64,000 nt of DNA from an uncultured Acidobacteriota bacterium (GCA_963777605.1 CAVZRV010000029.1:128001-192000), one strand, 5' to 3'. Positions 51,519-62,849 are shown, counted from the stretch's first letter. Notes: generated from the letters alone by a model not told the origin. Program-made: numbers and translations.

Positions 51519-54278
51519 TCAGTTCTTTGCAGCGGGCGCCCAGGGATAGGTGATCTGATAGGTGCCAGGGCCCGCCTCGATCACAACCTGCTTGCCGTCA
51601 AAGGTGACCGAGCGGACCGCCTTGTGTCCCGAGAGGCTGGATTCCACCTCAGCCCTCGTGTCCCGGCCGGAGCCGGGCAGGAGAATCGTCCCGTGCGTGT
51701 TGGCTGGGAGAGCGACGTCCAATACGATCTGGTCACCCTTGATCTCCCAACGCGACTCGATGCGCCCGTACGGTGAATCGAGCGCTGCCCGGGCCCAGGT
51801 CAGTTTCCCGCCCGGCTCGGGGGCGATGGTGACGTGGTGAAAGCCCGGATCGTGTTCGTCGGGCTGAATCCCCGCCACCACGCCGTACAGCCACTCACCG
51901 ATGGCTCCATACGCGTAGTGGTTGAAGGAGTTCATCCCGGCATCCTGGAAACTGCCGTCCGGTCGAATTCCGTCCCACCTTTCCCAGATCGTCGTCGCCC
52001 CCTTCTTCACCGGGTAGAGCCAGGAAGGATAGGTGTCCTGATGAAGCAGTTCGTAGGCGACGTCGGTGAGCCCGTTCTCGGACAGGACGTGGCAGAGGTG
52101 AGGGGTCCCCAGAAAGCCGGTCGAAAGGTGGGTGCCTTTTCTGCGAATGTCTTCGACCAGGCGCTGGGCGGCTTGCGCCCGGAGGTCCTCGGGCAGCAGG
52201 TCGAACCGAAGCGCCAGGGCGTAGGCGGTCTGGGTGTTGGGAGAGAGCCTTCCCGCGGGGGTCATGAACTCGCGTTGATACGCTTTCCGGACGTGCTGGA
52301 AGAGTTCGCGGTACTTGCGGGCATCGTCTTCCTTGCCCAGGACCTCTGCGGTGCGGGCCAACAGGTCGGACGAGTGGGCCAGGAAGGAAGTGGCGATGAG
52401 ATCTTTGTCGGTGGCCGCAGCCGGGAACGACCAGTCGTGGTAGGTGGCGGAAAGCCAGTCGCCGAAGTGAGAACCGGTAGTCCAGAGGTGGCGGTCCCCG
52501 GCCTGGCCATCCATGTAGTCAACCCAGGCTTTCATGCTCGGGTACTGGGTCTCCAGCAACCGCCGGTCCCCGTATCGAACGTACAGGCTCCAGGGGATGA
52601 TGACCGACGAATCGGCCCAACCGGAGGATCCTGCACCGTCGGGAAGAACGTCGGGAATGACATGGGGAACGCGTCCATCTTCGTACTGATCGACCGCCAG
52701 GTCTCCAAGCCACTTGGTGAAGAATGCCGCAACGTCCATGTTGAACGAGGCGGTTCGGACGAAGACCTGGGCATCCCCGGTCCATCCCAGACGCTCGTCA
52801 CGCTGGGGACAGTCGGTGGGAACGTCCAGGAAGTTGCCCTTCTGGCCCCAGACGATATTGTGCTGAAGCTGGTTGATCAGCGGGTCGGAGCACTCGAATT
52901 CGCCGGTCGGTTCCATGTCGGAGTGGATTACGATTCCGGTAAGATCGTCCTTGTTCAGTTCTCCCGGCCACCCTTTGACCTTCACGTAGCGGAAGCCCTG
53001 AAAGGTGAAATGCGGCTCGTAGGTCTCCCGGCGCTCTCCCTTGAGCGTGTATGAAACGGTCTGTTTGGCGGCCCTCAGGTTCTCGGTGTAGAAGTTGCCT
53101 TCCTTGTCGAGCACCTCGGCATGTTGGAGGGTGACTACTTCGCCCTTTTTGCCCTGGACCTGAAGCCGGATCCGGCCCACCATGTTCTGGCCCATGTCAA
53201 CCACGGTGTCGCCTTCGGGCGTGTGGAGGATGTCGATCGGCTTCAGCTCTTCGGTTCGTCGAACCGCAGGCCCGGCGGCGGCGATCAAGGTCGACTTCGT
53301 GTGGTCATATCCAGCTACCGACCGCCAGTTCGAGTCATCGAAGCCGGGAGACGACCAGCCTGGCATCTCGAGACGGGCGTCGTAGGACTCTCCCATGTAG
53401 ATGTCCGACATCAGGATCGGTCCGGTGGTTCCCTTCCAGTTGCGGTCGGTTCCCACCGTCTCCACTCTTCCATTTCTGTATTCGACTCGAAGCATCGCCA
53501 GCAGGGCGAGTTGGTCTCCGTAGGTCGCACGTTTGTTGTTGAATGCAAGATAGCCCCGGTACCACCCATCCCCCAAAATCGCGCCGAGAACGTTGTCCCC
53601 CTGGCGGAGCAACCCGGTGACGTCGAAGACCTGGTACTGGAGTCTCTTGGAGTAACTCGTCCAGCCGGGCGTGAACACCAGGTCTGAGACTGGTTCGTTG
53701 TTGATCTGGGCCAGGTAGAGACCCAGGCTGGTGATGTAGAGCCGGGCGGATGCCACCGGCCCGTCGAGTTGAAAGGACCGGCGAAGGTAAGGGCTCGGGA
53801 CCGACTTGTCCGCGCCCCCGTCGGGGAAAGAAATCCAGTCGGCTTGCCAGTCGGAGGGGGAGAGGACCCCCATCTCCCAGTTTGCCCATTCGCTCCATCC
53901 TGAATCGACGTTGCTATCGTCCCAAACACGGACTCTCCAGCGGAGCCGTTCAAAGGACTGCAGCGGCGGGCCGGAGTACGGGACCAGCACCGATTGTGCA
54001 GACTCGGTTCGGCCCGAATCCCAAACGGGCGTTTCCGAGCTGTTCTGGTACACCTGGATCTGGTAGGCGCCCTGGGCCACTCCCTCGCGGTCCGTCGCCA
54101 GCTTCCAGGAAAATCGGGGAGCCGTGTCGTCGATCCCAAGGGGATTGACCCGATGGTCACACTGCAGGCCTGTCACACTGATGGCCCCGGAGCCGGGGGC
54201 CTGGCCCCGAGAAGCGGTTGGCACAAAAAAGCTGACCAGTAAGCCGCCCAGAAGGATCCGCGAAATCAGGTTCTTCAT
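51519..54278 (-). CDS. Alpha-L-rhamnosidase, GH78, secreted
   Basis: NPLGID, FTPGWTSY, DMGQNMVG, FTFQGFRY, PTDCPQRDERLGWTGD, GATTIWERW, NSFNHYAYG; start MKNLIS at 54278. Confidence 0.95.
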   Translation of the reverse strand: MKNLISRILLGGLLVSFFVPTASRGQAPGSGAISVTGLQCDHRVNPLGIDDTAPRFSWKLATDREGVAQGAYQIQVYQNSSETPVWDSGRTESAQSVLVPYSGPPLQSFERLRWRVRVWDDSNVDSGWSEWANWEMGVLSPSDWQADWISFPDGGADKSVPSPYLRRSFQLDGPVASARLYITSLGLYLAQINNEPVSDLVFTPGWTSYSKRLQYQVFDVTGLLRQGDNVLGAILGDGWYRGYLAFNNKRATYGDQLALLAMLRVEYRNGRVETVGTDRNWKGTTGPILMSDIYMGESYDARLEMPGWSSPGFDDSNWRSVAGYDHTKSTLIAAAGPAVRRTEELKPIDILHTPEGDTVVDMGQNMVGRIRLQVQGKKGEVVTLQHAEVLDKEGNFYTENLRAAKQTVSYTLKGERRETYEPHFTFQGFRYVKVKGWPGELNKDDLTGIVIHSDMEPTGEFECSDPLINQLQHNIVWGQKGNFLDVPTDCPQRDERLGWTGDAQVFVRTASFNMDVAAFFTKWLGDLAVDQYEDGRVPHVIPDVLPDGAGSSGWADSSVIIPWSLYVRYGDRRLLETQYPSMKAWVDYMDGQAGDRHLWTTGSHFGDWLSATYHDWSFPAAATDKDLIATSFLAHSSDLLARTAEVLGKEDDARKYRELFQHVRKAYQREFMTPAGRLSPNTQTAYALALRFDLLPEDLRAQAAQRLVEDIRRKGTHLSTGFLGTPHLCHVLSENGLTDVAYELLHQDTYPSWLYPVKKGATTIWERWDGIRPDGSFQDAGMNSFNHYAYGAIGEWLYGVVAGIQPDEHDPGFHHVTIAPEPGGKLTWARAALDSPYGRIESRWEIKGDQIVLDVALPANTHGTILLPGSGRDTRAEVESSLSGHKAVRSVTFDGKQVVIEAGPGTYQITYPWAPAAKN

Positions 54279-54367
54279 AAGTTCATTCCTCTGGAATGTT
54301 GCATCTCGAGGCCTCGAACCGGCTCGACCAGGCCGACAGGTCCGCATAGTCAGGTCGAGACCGTGAC

Positions 54368-55465
54368 TCAATCTCCGAAACAGGTGCCGACAGCCCGGGC
54401 GGCGCGAAGTGTTGAGAGGTTGAGGGGAACCCGGCGCACCTTGTTGGCCACAGAATGGATTGGGACCGAATCCAATTGCCCGCCCTTGCTGACCACCAGT
54501 TCGTTCAGCCGGTTCTCGAGGAGCAGTTCGTAGCCGTGAAATCCGAACCGGGTGGCCAGGAGGCGGTCATGAGGTGTCGGCGTGCCTCCTCTTTGGATGT
54601 GGCCCAGCACCATGGAACGGGCCTCCAGCCCACCGTGCTCCTCGATTTGGTCGGAGACCCACTTGGCTATTCCACCCAGTCGAATCGGGTCGGGCGAGGT
54701 CACGTCAACATGATCGACGAACTGTTTCCCGCCGGCGGGTATCGCACCTTCTCCAGCCGCGATGATGGTGAACTTCTTACCGTGTTGGCTGCGTTCCCGG
54801 CATGTCTCGATGACTTTCTCAATGTCGAAAGGAATCTCGGGGATCAGGATGACGTCGGCGCCGGCCGCGACTCCGGCGTGCAGTGCCAGCCAGCCGGCAT
54901 AGCGGCCCATTAACTCCACCACCATCACACGATGATGACTGCTGGCCGTGTCGTGAACCTTGTCGAGCGCTTCCGCCGCAGTATTGACGGCGGTGTCGTG
55001 CCCGAACGTGATGTCGGTCGCCCAGAGGTCGTTGTCAATCGTCTTGGGAATTCCGATGAAGTTGAGCCCCCTGTCGATCAACTGGGAGGCCCCGCTCATG
55101 GTTCCATCCCCACCAATGACAAAGATCGTCTCCAGTCCGGCGCGACGGGCGTGCTCGATCACCCGGTCTCGAACGTCTTCTTTCTGCCAGCCGCCCTTGC
55201 CGTCGGGGACGGCATAGCTGGCCGGGTTGGCCTTGTTGGAGGACCCGAGGATCGTTCCTCCCAGGGTGAGGATGTTGCTCACATCCTCGTAGCGAAGCGG
55301 TCTCATGCGGTCTTCGATCAGGCCGAGGTAGCCATCTTCGATGCCGATCACTTCGATCCCGGCCAGGATGGCCGGCTTGGCGACGGCGCGGATTACCGCG
55401 TTTAGTCCCGGGCAATCTCCTCCTCCGGTGAGAATCCCAACTCTCTCAGGTGCGCGCTGTTTCAT
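54368..55465 (-). CDS. pfkA: 6-phosphofructokinase (group III type)
   Basis: TGGGDCPGLNA, GGDGT, PKTIDND, MGRYAGW, LGHIQRGG. Confidence 0.93.
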   Translation of the reverse strand: MKQRAPERVGILTGGGDCPGLNAVIRAVAKPAILAGIEVIGIEDGYLGLIEDRMRPLRYEDVSNILTLGGTILGSSNKANPASYAVPDGKGGWQKEDVRDRVIEHARRAGLETIFVIGGDGTMSGASQLIDRGLNFIGIPKTIDNDLWATDITFGHDTAVNTAAEALDKVHDTASSHHRVMVVELMGRYAGWLALHAGVAAGADVILIPEIPFDIEKVIETCRERSQHGKKFTIIAAGEGAIPAGGKQFVDHVDVTSPDPIRLGGIAKWVSDQIEEHGGLEARSMVLGHIQRGGTPTPHDRLLATRFGFHGYELLLENRLNELVVSKGGQLDSVPIHSVANKVRRVPLNLSTLRAARAVGTCFGD

Positions 55466-55612
55466 CGTGAAGTCCCGATAGGTGTGTTTTCTGTTTCAGC
55501 GGTTCAATTCCCCGACGACTATACCGTGAAGTCCAGGTTCCTTCCAAACCAGGGAAACTTCCTTGAGCCTTGGTCATGCAGAGCCTACAATTCAGACGGG
55601 AAAGGAGGCCTT

Positions 55613-56359
55613 ATGCGCGGAATTATGGGAACAGTCCTGGTTGGCCTGGTGATCGTGAGCCTGGCCTGTATGGCAGCGGTCCAGAATGGGGATGATGGAT
55701 ACGAGACGATCTTCGACGGGTCTTCGCTCTCTGGGTGGCACGTCAGCGCCGCAACCGGGCACAGCGCAACCAGCAACCATCAGTCGGGCGGCAAGTGGGT
55801 TGTAGAGGACGGTGCCATCGTCGGAACCCAGGATGTTCCGGGAAACGGCGGGATCGTAATCACCGATCGGAAGTTTGGCAACTTCGAAGTCGTCCTCGAG
55901 ATGAACAACGACTTCGGTCCCGACAGCGGGTTGTTCCTTCGCAGCACCGAAGACGGCAAAGCCTACCAGGCCATGGTCGACTACCACGAAGGGGGAAACC
56001 TGATGGGTGTCTACGGTGAAGGTCTGGGGGGCGACCCCAATATTCAGAATTTCAGATTTCTCGACAGCCCTGACCGGATCGAACTGGTTTCGGGCGCACC
56101 GATTCCCCTTGCGGTTCTTCCTGCCTCCTGGAAGTTCTTCTGGAGGCACGGACAGTGGAATGAGCTGCGGGCCCGGATCACCGGCGGAGCGCTGCCCACC
56201 ATCGTCACCTGGATCAACGGGGTCAAGATCATGGAGTGGACTGAAACGAAAGCCCGCCACCCTGAAACCGGGGGGATCGCCCTCCAGGTTCACGGCGGCG
56301 GGGACTACACCAATCAGTTCGTTCGTTACCGCAACATCCGGGTCAAGGTGCTGGAGTAA
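55613..56359 (+). CDS. DUF1080 (3-keto-disaccharide hydrolase-like) exported protein
   Basis: IFDGSSLSGW, WVVEDGAIVG, DSGLFLR, GQWNE, GIALQVH, YRNIRVK; AAAGGAGG SD. Confidence 0.85.
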   Translation: MRGIMGTVLVGLVIVSLACMAAVQNGDDGYETIFDGSSLSGWHVSAATGHSATSNHQSGGKWVVEDGAIVGTQDVPGNGGIVITDRKFGNFEVVLEMNNDFGPDSGLFLRSTEDGKAYQAMVDYHEGGNLMGVYGEGLGGDPNIQNFRFLDSPDRIELVSGAPIPLAVLPASWKFFWRHGQWNELRARITGGALPTIVTWINGVKIMEWTETKARHPETGGIALQVHGGGDYTNQFVRYRNIRVKVLE

Positions 56360-59300
56360 CGTTCTTGACCGGGTCGGGAGGACGTGAGGGCAGCTTCCTC
56401 GGTTCGCTGACCACCTTCTTCATGACCTCTTCGATGGCCCGGTCGAGTTGCGGATCCCGGCCGGCGATGACGTCAGCCGGGTCATTTTCCACTTCGATGT
56501 CGGGAGAAACCCCTTCTCCCTCGATGATCCAGTTGCCTTTCACGTCATTCGTCCCCTGCAGTGGAACGTAGACCGTTCCGCCGTCGATCAGCGGCCCGCG
56601 GTTGGAAATTCCGACCACGCCACCCCAGGTGCGCTTTCCGATGAGGGGCCCGAGCCCAGCCTCGCGGAAGCGGTAGGGGAAGATGTCACCGTCGGAGGCC
56701 GAGGTCTCGTTGATCAGGCAGACGAGGTGGCCGTAGAAGACCGTGTAGGGGTAGGTGCTGGGGTGTTCGCTCGAGTACCCGAAGCGGGTTCCGAGAAGTT
56801 TAGTGTCCAGACGCTCGAGAATCCACTGGGAGACATTGCCGCCACCGTTTGATCGGACGTCGACGACCATCCCCTCCTTCCGGATCTGGGGGTAAAACCA
56901 CTTGATGAACTCATAGATCCCTGAGGACCCCATGTCGGGTATGTGAATGTAGCCCACGCGTCCGCTGGTCTTCTGCTCCACGTACGCCCGCTTTTCAGCC
57001 ACGACGTCAAGGTAAAGAAGCGGGCTTTCGTCGAAGATCGGAGTGTACTGGACCTCACGGGCACCCTCCATCGTCGGAGTCGAGCTGACCGTCAGGCGAA
57101 CCGGATCGGTCTTGTAGAGCAGTTGCCGGTATGGGTTGTCGGTTCCGAGCAACTGCTCGCCGTCGATTGCCAGAACGTAGTCGCCCACATTCAGATCGAC
57201 GCCGACTTCCGACAGTGGAGCCCGGTACTTCGGTTCTTCGTTCTGACCTTTCAGAATCCGGGAGATTCGATAACGTCCCGCCGCCTTGTCGAGTTCAAAG
57301 CGCGCGCCGGGCAGGCCGACTTTCGGGCGTTCGGGAATTTCGAAGTCGCCGCCCTCGATATAGGCGTGACCGATGCTCAACTCGGCAACCATTTCTCCCA
57401 GCACGTAGTTCAGGTCGGAACGGTGAGCGACGTACGGGAGCAGTTTCCGGTAGCGGTCCCCGATTGCTTTCCAGTCGTACCCGTGCATGTTGCGGACGTA
57501 GAAGAAGTCACGGTAACGGCGCCAGACTTCGTTGAAGATCTCGGCCCATTCCTGGGCGGGGACCCGGTCAACCATCAGGTCGCTGGTTGAGACCGTCTTG
57601 GCATCCTTGGCCTTGGGTCGGGCGTCGTAGAGCTTGTACGCCCGGCCTTCCCGAACCAGAACCTTGGTTCCGTCGGCGCTGAGGGCGAGTCCGGAAATGC
57701 CTTCGACGAGGATGCTGTCTTCCCGTTCTCCGAGATCAAAGACCCGCAGTATCACCTTTTCGGGAGACGGACGGCCGTAGAACGGGGCTCCGCTGGTCAC
57801 GTAGAGGAGGTACTTGTCGGTGGAAAGCAGGGCCCGGATGTTGTGCGGCGTCACCGGAATCCGGATGACTCGCTGGTTGAGCCCATCGGTTTCGATTTTG
57901 ATTGGCTCCGGCTTGCCCGATGCTGCGGAATCCGTGGCGGGCTTCTCCTCCCCCTTCTTCTCTTCGACCTCGGGCTTGATGGTCACTTCGTCGTCCCGGG
58001 GCGGGAACAGGTTGGCGGTATCTCCGGTCAAGGTATAGGCGAAAATTCCGGTTTCCCGGTTTCCCGCGTAGTTCCATTCAATGGAAGAAATCTGGGGAGC
58101 AAACTCCCGGTCGGAGAGGAAGTAGAGATACTTGCCCTTGGGATCCCAGGTGGGGTTCCACTCGTTGAAGTAGGGCTCGCTGACCTTCAAGAGAGAGTCC
58201 GCGGCCTCCGACCAGAGGTAGATCGCCTGGAAGTCGTTCTCCTGGGACAGGCTGAAGGCCAGCCATTGGCTGTCCGGCGACCAGGTGTAATCGGAGATGT
58301 CGCCGTATTCGTCGTCCGCGACCTGTTTTACCGACCGATCGGAAAGTTGCAGGACGTAGAGCTTGCCGTCCTTGTCTGAGAAAGCCAGCTTGCTCGAATC
58401 GGGCGACCATTCGGGGGCGTAAAGCATGGCGGCAAACTGGGTCGTCAACTGTTCCGGTTTGGAAGAGCCGTCCTGGGCAATCGTGTAGACCTGGTCTTCG
58501 CCGGTGAGATCTGAAATGAAAGCGATCTTCCGTCCGTCGGGTGACCAGCGGGCGTGCTTGTCATGAGCGTTCGAAGTGTCGGTAAGGTTGCGGGTGGCGC
58601 CATTTTCGATGGGGGCCGTGAAGATATCGCCCCGAGCGACGAAGAGAGCCCGTTCGCCCTTCGGAGAAAGCTCGAAATCTTCGATGTTGTTGGCGGCGGA
58701 GTAGTGGGACGGTCGCATGGCAAGCCCGTCGTTGGGGACGAAGATGTCGATCCCCTTGCTTTCCCTCGAACGAACGTTGAAGACCCGGAGAGCGCCGTCC
58801 AATTCGTAGACGATCTGCCCCTGGTTGTCCGAGGAGGGCCATCGGACGTCCCACGTCTTTTCGTGGGTGAGTTCTTCCACGCGGCCGTTCCCGGCGTCAT
58901 AGCGATACAGGTTGAGCGTACCGTCACGATCGGAGGCGAAGTAGATCGCGTTGCCGATCCACATCGGGTCGCGCTCGGTCCACTTGGACGGGGCAATGAC
59001 CTTCGCGCTGTCGTCGGCCGGGTCAAAGATGTACAGGTCCTGGGCCCAGCCACCGTGGTAGCGTTTCCAGGTCCGGAAATCGCGGAACAGAGGAGAATAG
59101 ACCAGTCGGCGCCCATCGGGGGAGAAGTCGCCGGCTCCGGAGTTGGGCATCGGAAGCATCTCCGGCAGGCCTCCTTCGATCGACACGGTGTAGAGCGCCG
59201 AGTTCGTGCGCAGCGTGTCCTCGTCCCGAAGTGACCGGAAGAGCACCTGTTTCCCATCCGGGGTCCACCCGTAAACCTGGTTGTCGTATCCCCAGCGGGG

Positions 59301-59624
59301 CGGCAGCGGCCCGTGAGCCGGGTAGTAGGTGAGGCGCTTGGGAATACCTCCCCGGCTGGGAATGACGTAAACCTGCTCATCCCCGTCATACTGGCCCGTG
59401 AAGGCAATCCACTTCCCGTCGGGTGAAAACTTGGGAAAGAGTTCCTGGCCTGGGTGTGCCGTGAGGCGGGTTGCGGTGCCCCCGGTAGTCGGTGCCTTCC
59501 AGATATCACCCGCGTAGCAAAAAACGACCTCATCCCCGTAGATGTCGGGAAATCGGAGAAGTTTGGTCTGCGCTGCGGCGGGTACCATGGAGAGAAGGAA
59601 AATGAACAAAAGAGTCTTCTTCAC
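56343..59624 (-). CDS. Tricorn-like S41 protease
   Basis: Signal peptide, PD40 propellers (FSPDG), PDZ, DVRSNGGG, SASDGD, GKRTWGG. Confidence 0.93.
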   Translation of the reverse strand: MKKTLLFIFLLSMVPAAAQTKLLRFPDIYGDEVVFCYAGDIWKAPTTGGTATRLTAHPGQELFPKFSPDGKWIAFTGQYDGDEQVYVIPSRGGIPKRLTYYPAHGPLPPRWGYDNQVYGWTPDGKQVLFRSLRDEDTLRTNSALYTVSIEGGLPEMLPMPNSGAGDFSPDGRRLVYSPLFRDFRTWKRYHGGWAQDLYIFDPADDSAKVIAPSKWTERDPMWIGNAIYFASDRDGTLNLYRYDAGNGRVEELTHEKTWDVRWPSSDNQGQIVYELDGALRVFNVRSRESKGIDIFVPNDGLAMRPSHYSAANNIEDFELSPKGERALFVARGDIFTAPIENGATRNLTDTSNAHDKHARWSPDGRKIAFISDLTGEDQVYTIAQDGSSKPEQLTTQFAAMLYAPEWSPDSSKLAFSDKDGKLYVLQLSDRSVKQVADDEYGDISDYTWSPDSQWLAFSLSQENDFQAIYLWSEAADSLLKVSEPYFNEWNPTWDPKGKYLYFLSDREFAPQISSIEWNYAGNRETGIFAYTLTGDTANLFPPRDDEVTIKPEVEEKKGEEKPATDSAASGKPEPIKIETDGLNQRVIRIPVTPHNIRALLSTDKYLLYVTSGAPFYGRPSPEKVILRVFDLGEREDSILVEGISGLALSADGTKVLVREGRAYKLYDARPKAKDAKTVSTSDLMVDRVPAQEWAEIFNEVWRRYRDFFYVRNMHGYDWKAIGDRYRKLLPYVAHRSDLNYVLGEMVAELSIGHAYIEGGDFEIPERPKVGLPGARFELDKAAGRYRISRILKGQNEEPKYRAPLSEVGVDLNVGDYVLAIDGEQLLGTDNPYRQLLYKTDPVRLTVSSTPTMEGAREVQYTPIFDESPLLYLDVVAEKRAYVEQKTSGRVGYIHIPDMGSSGIYEFIKWFYPQIRKEGMVVDVRSNGGGNVSQWILERLDTKLLGTRFGYSSEHPSTYPYTVFYGHLVCLINETSASDGDIFPYRFREAGLGPLIGKRTWGGVVGISNRGPLIDGGTVYVPLQGTNDVKGNWIIEGEGVSPDIEVENDPADVIAGRDPQLDRAIEEVMKKVVSEPRKLPSRPPDPVKNVTPAP

Positions 59625-59803
59625 GAGTTGTCTCCCTGTTTCGTGATTTGTTCGCCCTCCGACAGTTCACTTGCTGTCAGAACCAAGCGGGGATTTCATT
59701 CTAACCCGCCGCGCGGTTGGGAGAGAATGGCCAACCAGGAGAAGGGGAATTCATGGCTTCGATCTGCGATACTGAGTCGGGTTCGCTCGAGGAGAGATTT
59801 GCG

Positions 59804-61111
59804 ATGAACAACAGAGAGTCGGTCACGGTTGGAGTTATTGGGTTCGGCACGGTCGGTACCGGAGTCGTTGAGTTCCTGCTCGAACGGGAGAGGGAACGGG
59901 GTGATCTCCGTCTCGCACGGGTTGCCGTCGCCAATCCTTCGAAGCCCCGGGAGATCGAATTCCCCGGGGTGACCGGTGACGTGGGCGAGGTCCTGGACGA
60001 CCCGGAAATCCAGGTCGTAGTGGAACTCGCTGGCGGAGAACGGCCTGCTCTCGACTACATTCTCCGTGCGTTGTCCTCGGGCAAGAGCGTTGTCACGGCC
60101 AACAAGGTTGTGGTTTCCCGTCACATGCGCCAGTTGTTCGAAACGGCTCGCAGTCATGGGGTCGATCTTGCTTTTGAGGCGTCGGTTGCCGGCTCGATTC
60201 CGATCATTCGGGTTCTGAGGGGCTTCGCGGGCGAGCGAATCCGGAGGGTCACCGGGATACTGAATGGGACCTCCAACTACATCCTGACTCGGATGGAGGA
60301 GGGGTTGACCTTCGAACGCGCGCTCGAACTCGCTCAGCAGAAGGGTTTTGCCGAAGCCGCCCACCATCTCGACACGGGCGGATTCGATGCCCGCGACAAG
60401 ATCGCCATCGTGGCTGCTCTGGCATTTGACCGCTGGGTGGAACCGGAATCGATCTATTGTGAAGGGATTACCGGAATCACTCCCATCGATCTCGACTTCG
60501 CCGCCAAGCATGGAGTCGAGGAAGGGGGAGGCGGTTTTGTGGTTCGTTCCCTGGCGACGGCCCGGCTCGAAGATGACGGCAGCAGTATTCAGGTTCACGT
60601 CTATCCGGCCCTGGTGCCTCGCGAACACCCGCTCTCGACCGTCCGGGATGAAATGAATGCCGTTTATCTGGAAGGAGGGCATTGCGGACCGCAGCTCTTC
60701 CTGGGCCGGGGCGCCGGCAGGCTGGCGACAACGAGCGCGGTGGTTGCAGACCTGATTCGGGTCGCCGGCAACCGGAGGAAAGGGATCGTTGACGAATTGC
60801 CGGCGCTCGTATCAGAGGTCGGAGTCTCCTCGATCGAGAACCTGGAACGGCGTGGTTATGTCAGGATGAACCTGAAACACGTCCCGGGGAGCATTGCCGA
60901 GGCTTCGCGAATCATGGGGGAACACGGCTTCAACATAGAAGACTCTGTGCAGCGGCGGCGTTTCCGGGTGAACGTGGAAGGGGAAATCTTCATCCCCGAC
61001 ATCGTTACGGTAGAGCCGTTACCATTCGGCGTTGTCGGCAAGGCCCTCAACGCGCTGCGCGGCTCAAATCGTGTTGCCGGGGACCCGTTCTACCTGAGGT
61101 TCGAGGAGTAA
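59804..61111 (+). CDS. hom: Homoserine dehydrogenase with ACT domain
   Basis: GFGTVG, VVTANK, FEASVAGSIP, ILNGTSNYIL, GAG..ATTSAV; GAGGAG SD before 59804. Confidence 0.93.
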   Translation: MNNRESVTVGVIGFGTVGTGVVEFLLERERERGDLRLARVAVANPSKPREIEFPGVTGDVGEVLDDPEIQVVVELAGGERPALDYILRALSSGKSVVTANKVVVSRHMRQLFETARSHGVDLAFEASVAGSIPIIRVLRGFAGERIRRVTGILNGTSNYILTRMEEGLTFERALELAQQKGFAEAAHHLDTGGFDARDKIAIVAALAFDRWVEPESIYCEGITGITPIDLDFAAKHGVEEGGGGFVVRSLATARLEDDGSSIQVHVYPALVPREHPLSTVRDEMNAVYLEGGHCGPQLFLGRGAGRLATTSAVVADLIRVAGNRRKGIVDELPALVSEVGVSSIENLERRGYVRMNLKHVPGSIAEASRIMGEHGFNIEDSVQRRRFRVNVEGEIFIPDIVTVEPLPFGVVGKALNALRGSNRVAGDPFYLRFEE

Positions 61112-61215
61112 GGCGGGTTGCGGGTTCCGTGTTTCGAGTTTCTGGATCTCTGGAGTGCGGCCAGCCCTGGCATCCGTCCTCGCAGTTGCTGACGACCCGA
61201 AACGCGAAACCCGCC
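61112..61215. repeat. Inverted heptamer arrays at the hom/oxidoreductase convergent junction
   Basis: CGGGTTG-CGGGTTC-CGTGTTT-CGAGTTT on the left and ACCCG-AAACGCG-AAACCCG-CC on the right; TGGAGTGCGG between them. Confidence 0.75.
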
Positions 61216-61229
61216 AAGAGAAACCAACT

Positions 61230-62621
61230 CTACGACTTCATCTTCATCGCATCCGGATCCCATTCGATGATCCGGTTTTCCCGGTAGCAGTAGTTGGCGA
61301 GAAGGGCCGGTGCTGCAGCTCGCATACCGTAGACGGCATCTTCCGCCACCTTCCCGTCATTCCGCAGCGCTTCGAAGAAGAAGCGGAAGTGGTCGACGCG
61401 GGCATCGTAGCCCTCTGGAGCCGCATACTCGACGTCCCCGTTTACCTTGGTGGTCTGGGGCTTCGTCTCGCCGACATGGGTCTTCTTGTAGTTCTCGGTC
61501 CAGGCTGCCTGCTCGGCTTCCGAGAATGTCCGCACGGAATTGTAGCCGTAAACCAGTTCCTGCAGAGACGGGTCCTGGGGAACGTTTCTGGTCAGGCGGA
61601 GACTGTTTTCGCCGATGTCCATCATTCCCTCGTTGCCGATGAGGCGGAACATGGGGCCGTTCCCGCCGTCTTCGAAGTCGGCTCCCAGGAAAAGCGTAAA
61701 GGCCGAATAGTGCTCTGTCTTCGGATACTCGTAGAGCCCCAGAATCAGGTCGGGGACCTCCCGTTTCTCGGTCCAGTAGCGGATTCCTCCGGTCGACATC
61801 GCTTTCGTCGGGCCGTTGGAGGTGATGACCTGGTGCAACTGGGTGAACTGGTGGACGTACATGTCTCCGGCGACACCCGTTCCGTAGTCCCAGTACTTCC
61901 GCCAGCGGAAGAATCGATCGGAATCGAAGGGAATCTTCGGGGCGGTACCCAGAAAGGTGTTCCAGTCGATCGTCTGGGTTGAGGCGTCGAGCGGAATCGA
62001 ATACTGCCAGGCGCCGAGAGCGGAATTCCGGCTGATCAGAATCATGCTCATGTTCAGTTCGCCGATCGCGCCCTGGCGGAACAGTTGCCGGGCTTTTTCG
62101 GTGACTACCGAACTGATCGTCTGGCTTCCCACCTGGAGCAGTTTGCCGGTCTGTTTCTGGGTCTGGATCAACTTGTCGCCCTGTTCTATCTTCTGAACCA
62201 TGGGCTTCTCAAGGTAGACGGCCTTGCCGGCCTGGAGGGCCTCGATGGCCAACGTCTGGTGCGAGTGGTCCGGGACAGCGAGGATCACGGCATCCACATC
62301 CGCGCGGTTGAGCACTTCCCGGTAGTTCTTGGTTGTGGCGACCTGGGATCCGAAGACTTCCTTGGTACGGGTCAATCGTCCGTCGTAGCAATCGGATGCC
62401 GCGATGAGATCGACGCCCGGAACCTTCAATGCCGTCATCGTGTCTTCGAAACCGATAATACCCATCCCGATCGTAGCCAGTCCGATGCGGTCGTTCGCAG
62501 CGATTTTGGCGCTCGACATAGCCGGTGCGGACAGAATGATCCGGGACGAGGTGGCCGCCAGTCCTCCGGCGGCCGTAAGCTTAAGAAACTCACGCCGTGA
62601 TGAACTCAGTTTATTGCTCAT
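61230..62621 (-). CDS. Gfo/Idh/MocA oxidoreductase, Tat-exported
   Basis: [44 protein letters not shown]. Confidence 0.9.
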   Translation of the reverse strand: MSNKLSSSRREFLKLTAAGGLAATSSRIILSAPAMSSAKIAANDRIGLATIGMGIIGFEDTMTALKVPGVDLIAASDCYDGRLTRTKEVFGSQVATTKNYREVLNRADVDAVILAVPDHSHQTLAIEALQAGKAVYLEKPMVQKIEQGDKLIQTQKQTGKLLQVGSQTISSVVTEKARQLFRQGAIGELNMSMILISRNSALGAWQYSIPLDASTQTIDWNTFLGTAPKIPFDSDRFFRWRKYWDYGTGVAGDMYVHQFTQLHQVITSNGPTKAMSTGGIRYWTEKREVPDLILGLYEYPKTEHYSAFTLFLGADFEDGGNGPMFRLIGNEGMMDIGENSLRLTRNVPQDPSLQELVYGYNSVRTFSEAEQAAWTENYKKTHVGETKPQTTKVNGDVEYAAPEGYDARVDHFRFFFEALRNDGKVAEDAVYGMRAAAPALLANYCYRENRIIEWDPDAMKMKS

Positions 62622-62762
62622 CGATAACCCCCTGATGATGATTTGATGGTTTCTCCAAAGCCGTACTCGAGCCGCCCTAAGCGTAGCGCGAAGGAGGGGC
62701 AGGATCAAACGTTTCCGGCGGATGCTTGCGGATAGGGGAAGCGTGTTGTGGAAGGAGCCGTG

Positions 62763-62840
62763 AGGCCGGCCGGGAGAAAACCGGCCGGCCTGCGCGAGTC
62801 GAGAAGCAGGCCGATCGCCGGCGGTGGGGCCGGCGATCGG
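62763..62840 (-). terminator. Two perfect GC-rich hairpins downstream of the fasciclin gene
   Basis: AGGCCGGCCGG/CCGGCCGGCCT (62763-62791) and CCGATCGCCGGC/GCCGGCGATCGG (62811-62840); no U tract. Confidence 0.55.
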
Positions 62841-62849
62841 GTGGTGCGG

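Noticed and set aside
50927-51553. 208-aa ORF across the repeat region as a transposase
   Set aside because: No HUH/Y1 or DDE motifs; the ORF is a by-product of GC-rich repeats
59625-59803. SAM or other riboswitch before hom
   Set aside because: No recognisable aptamer core sequences
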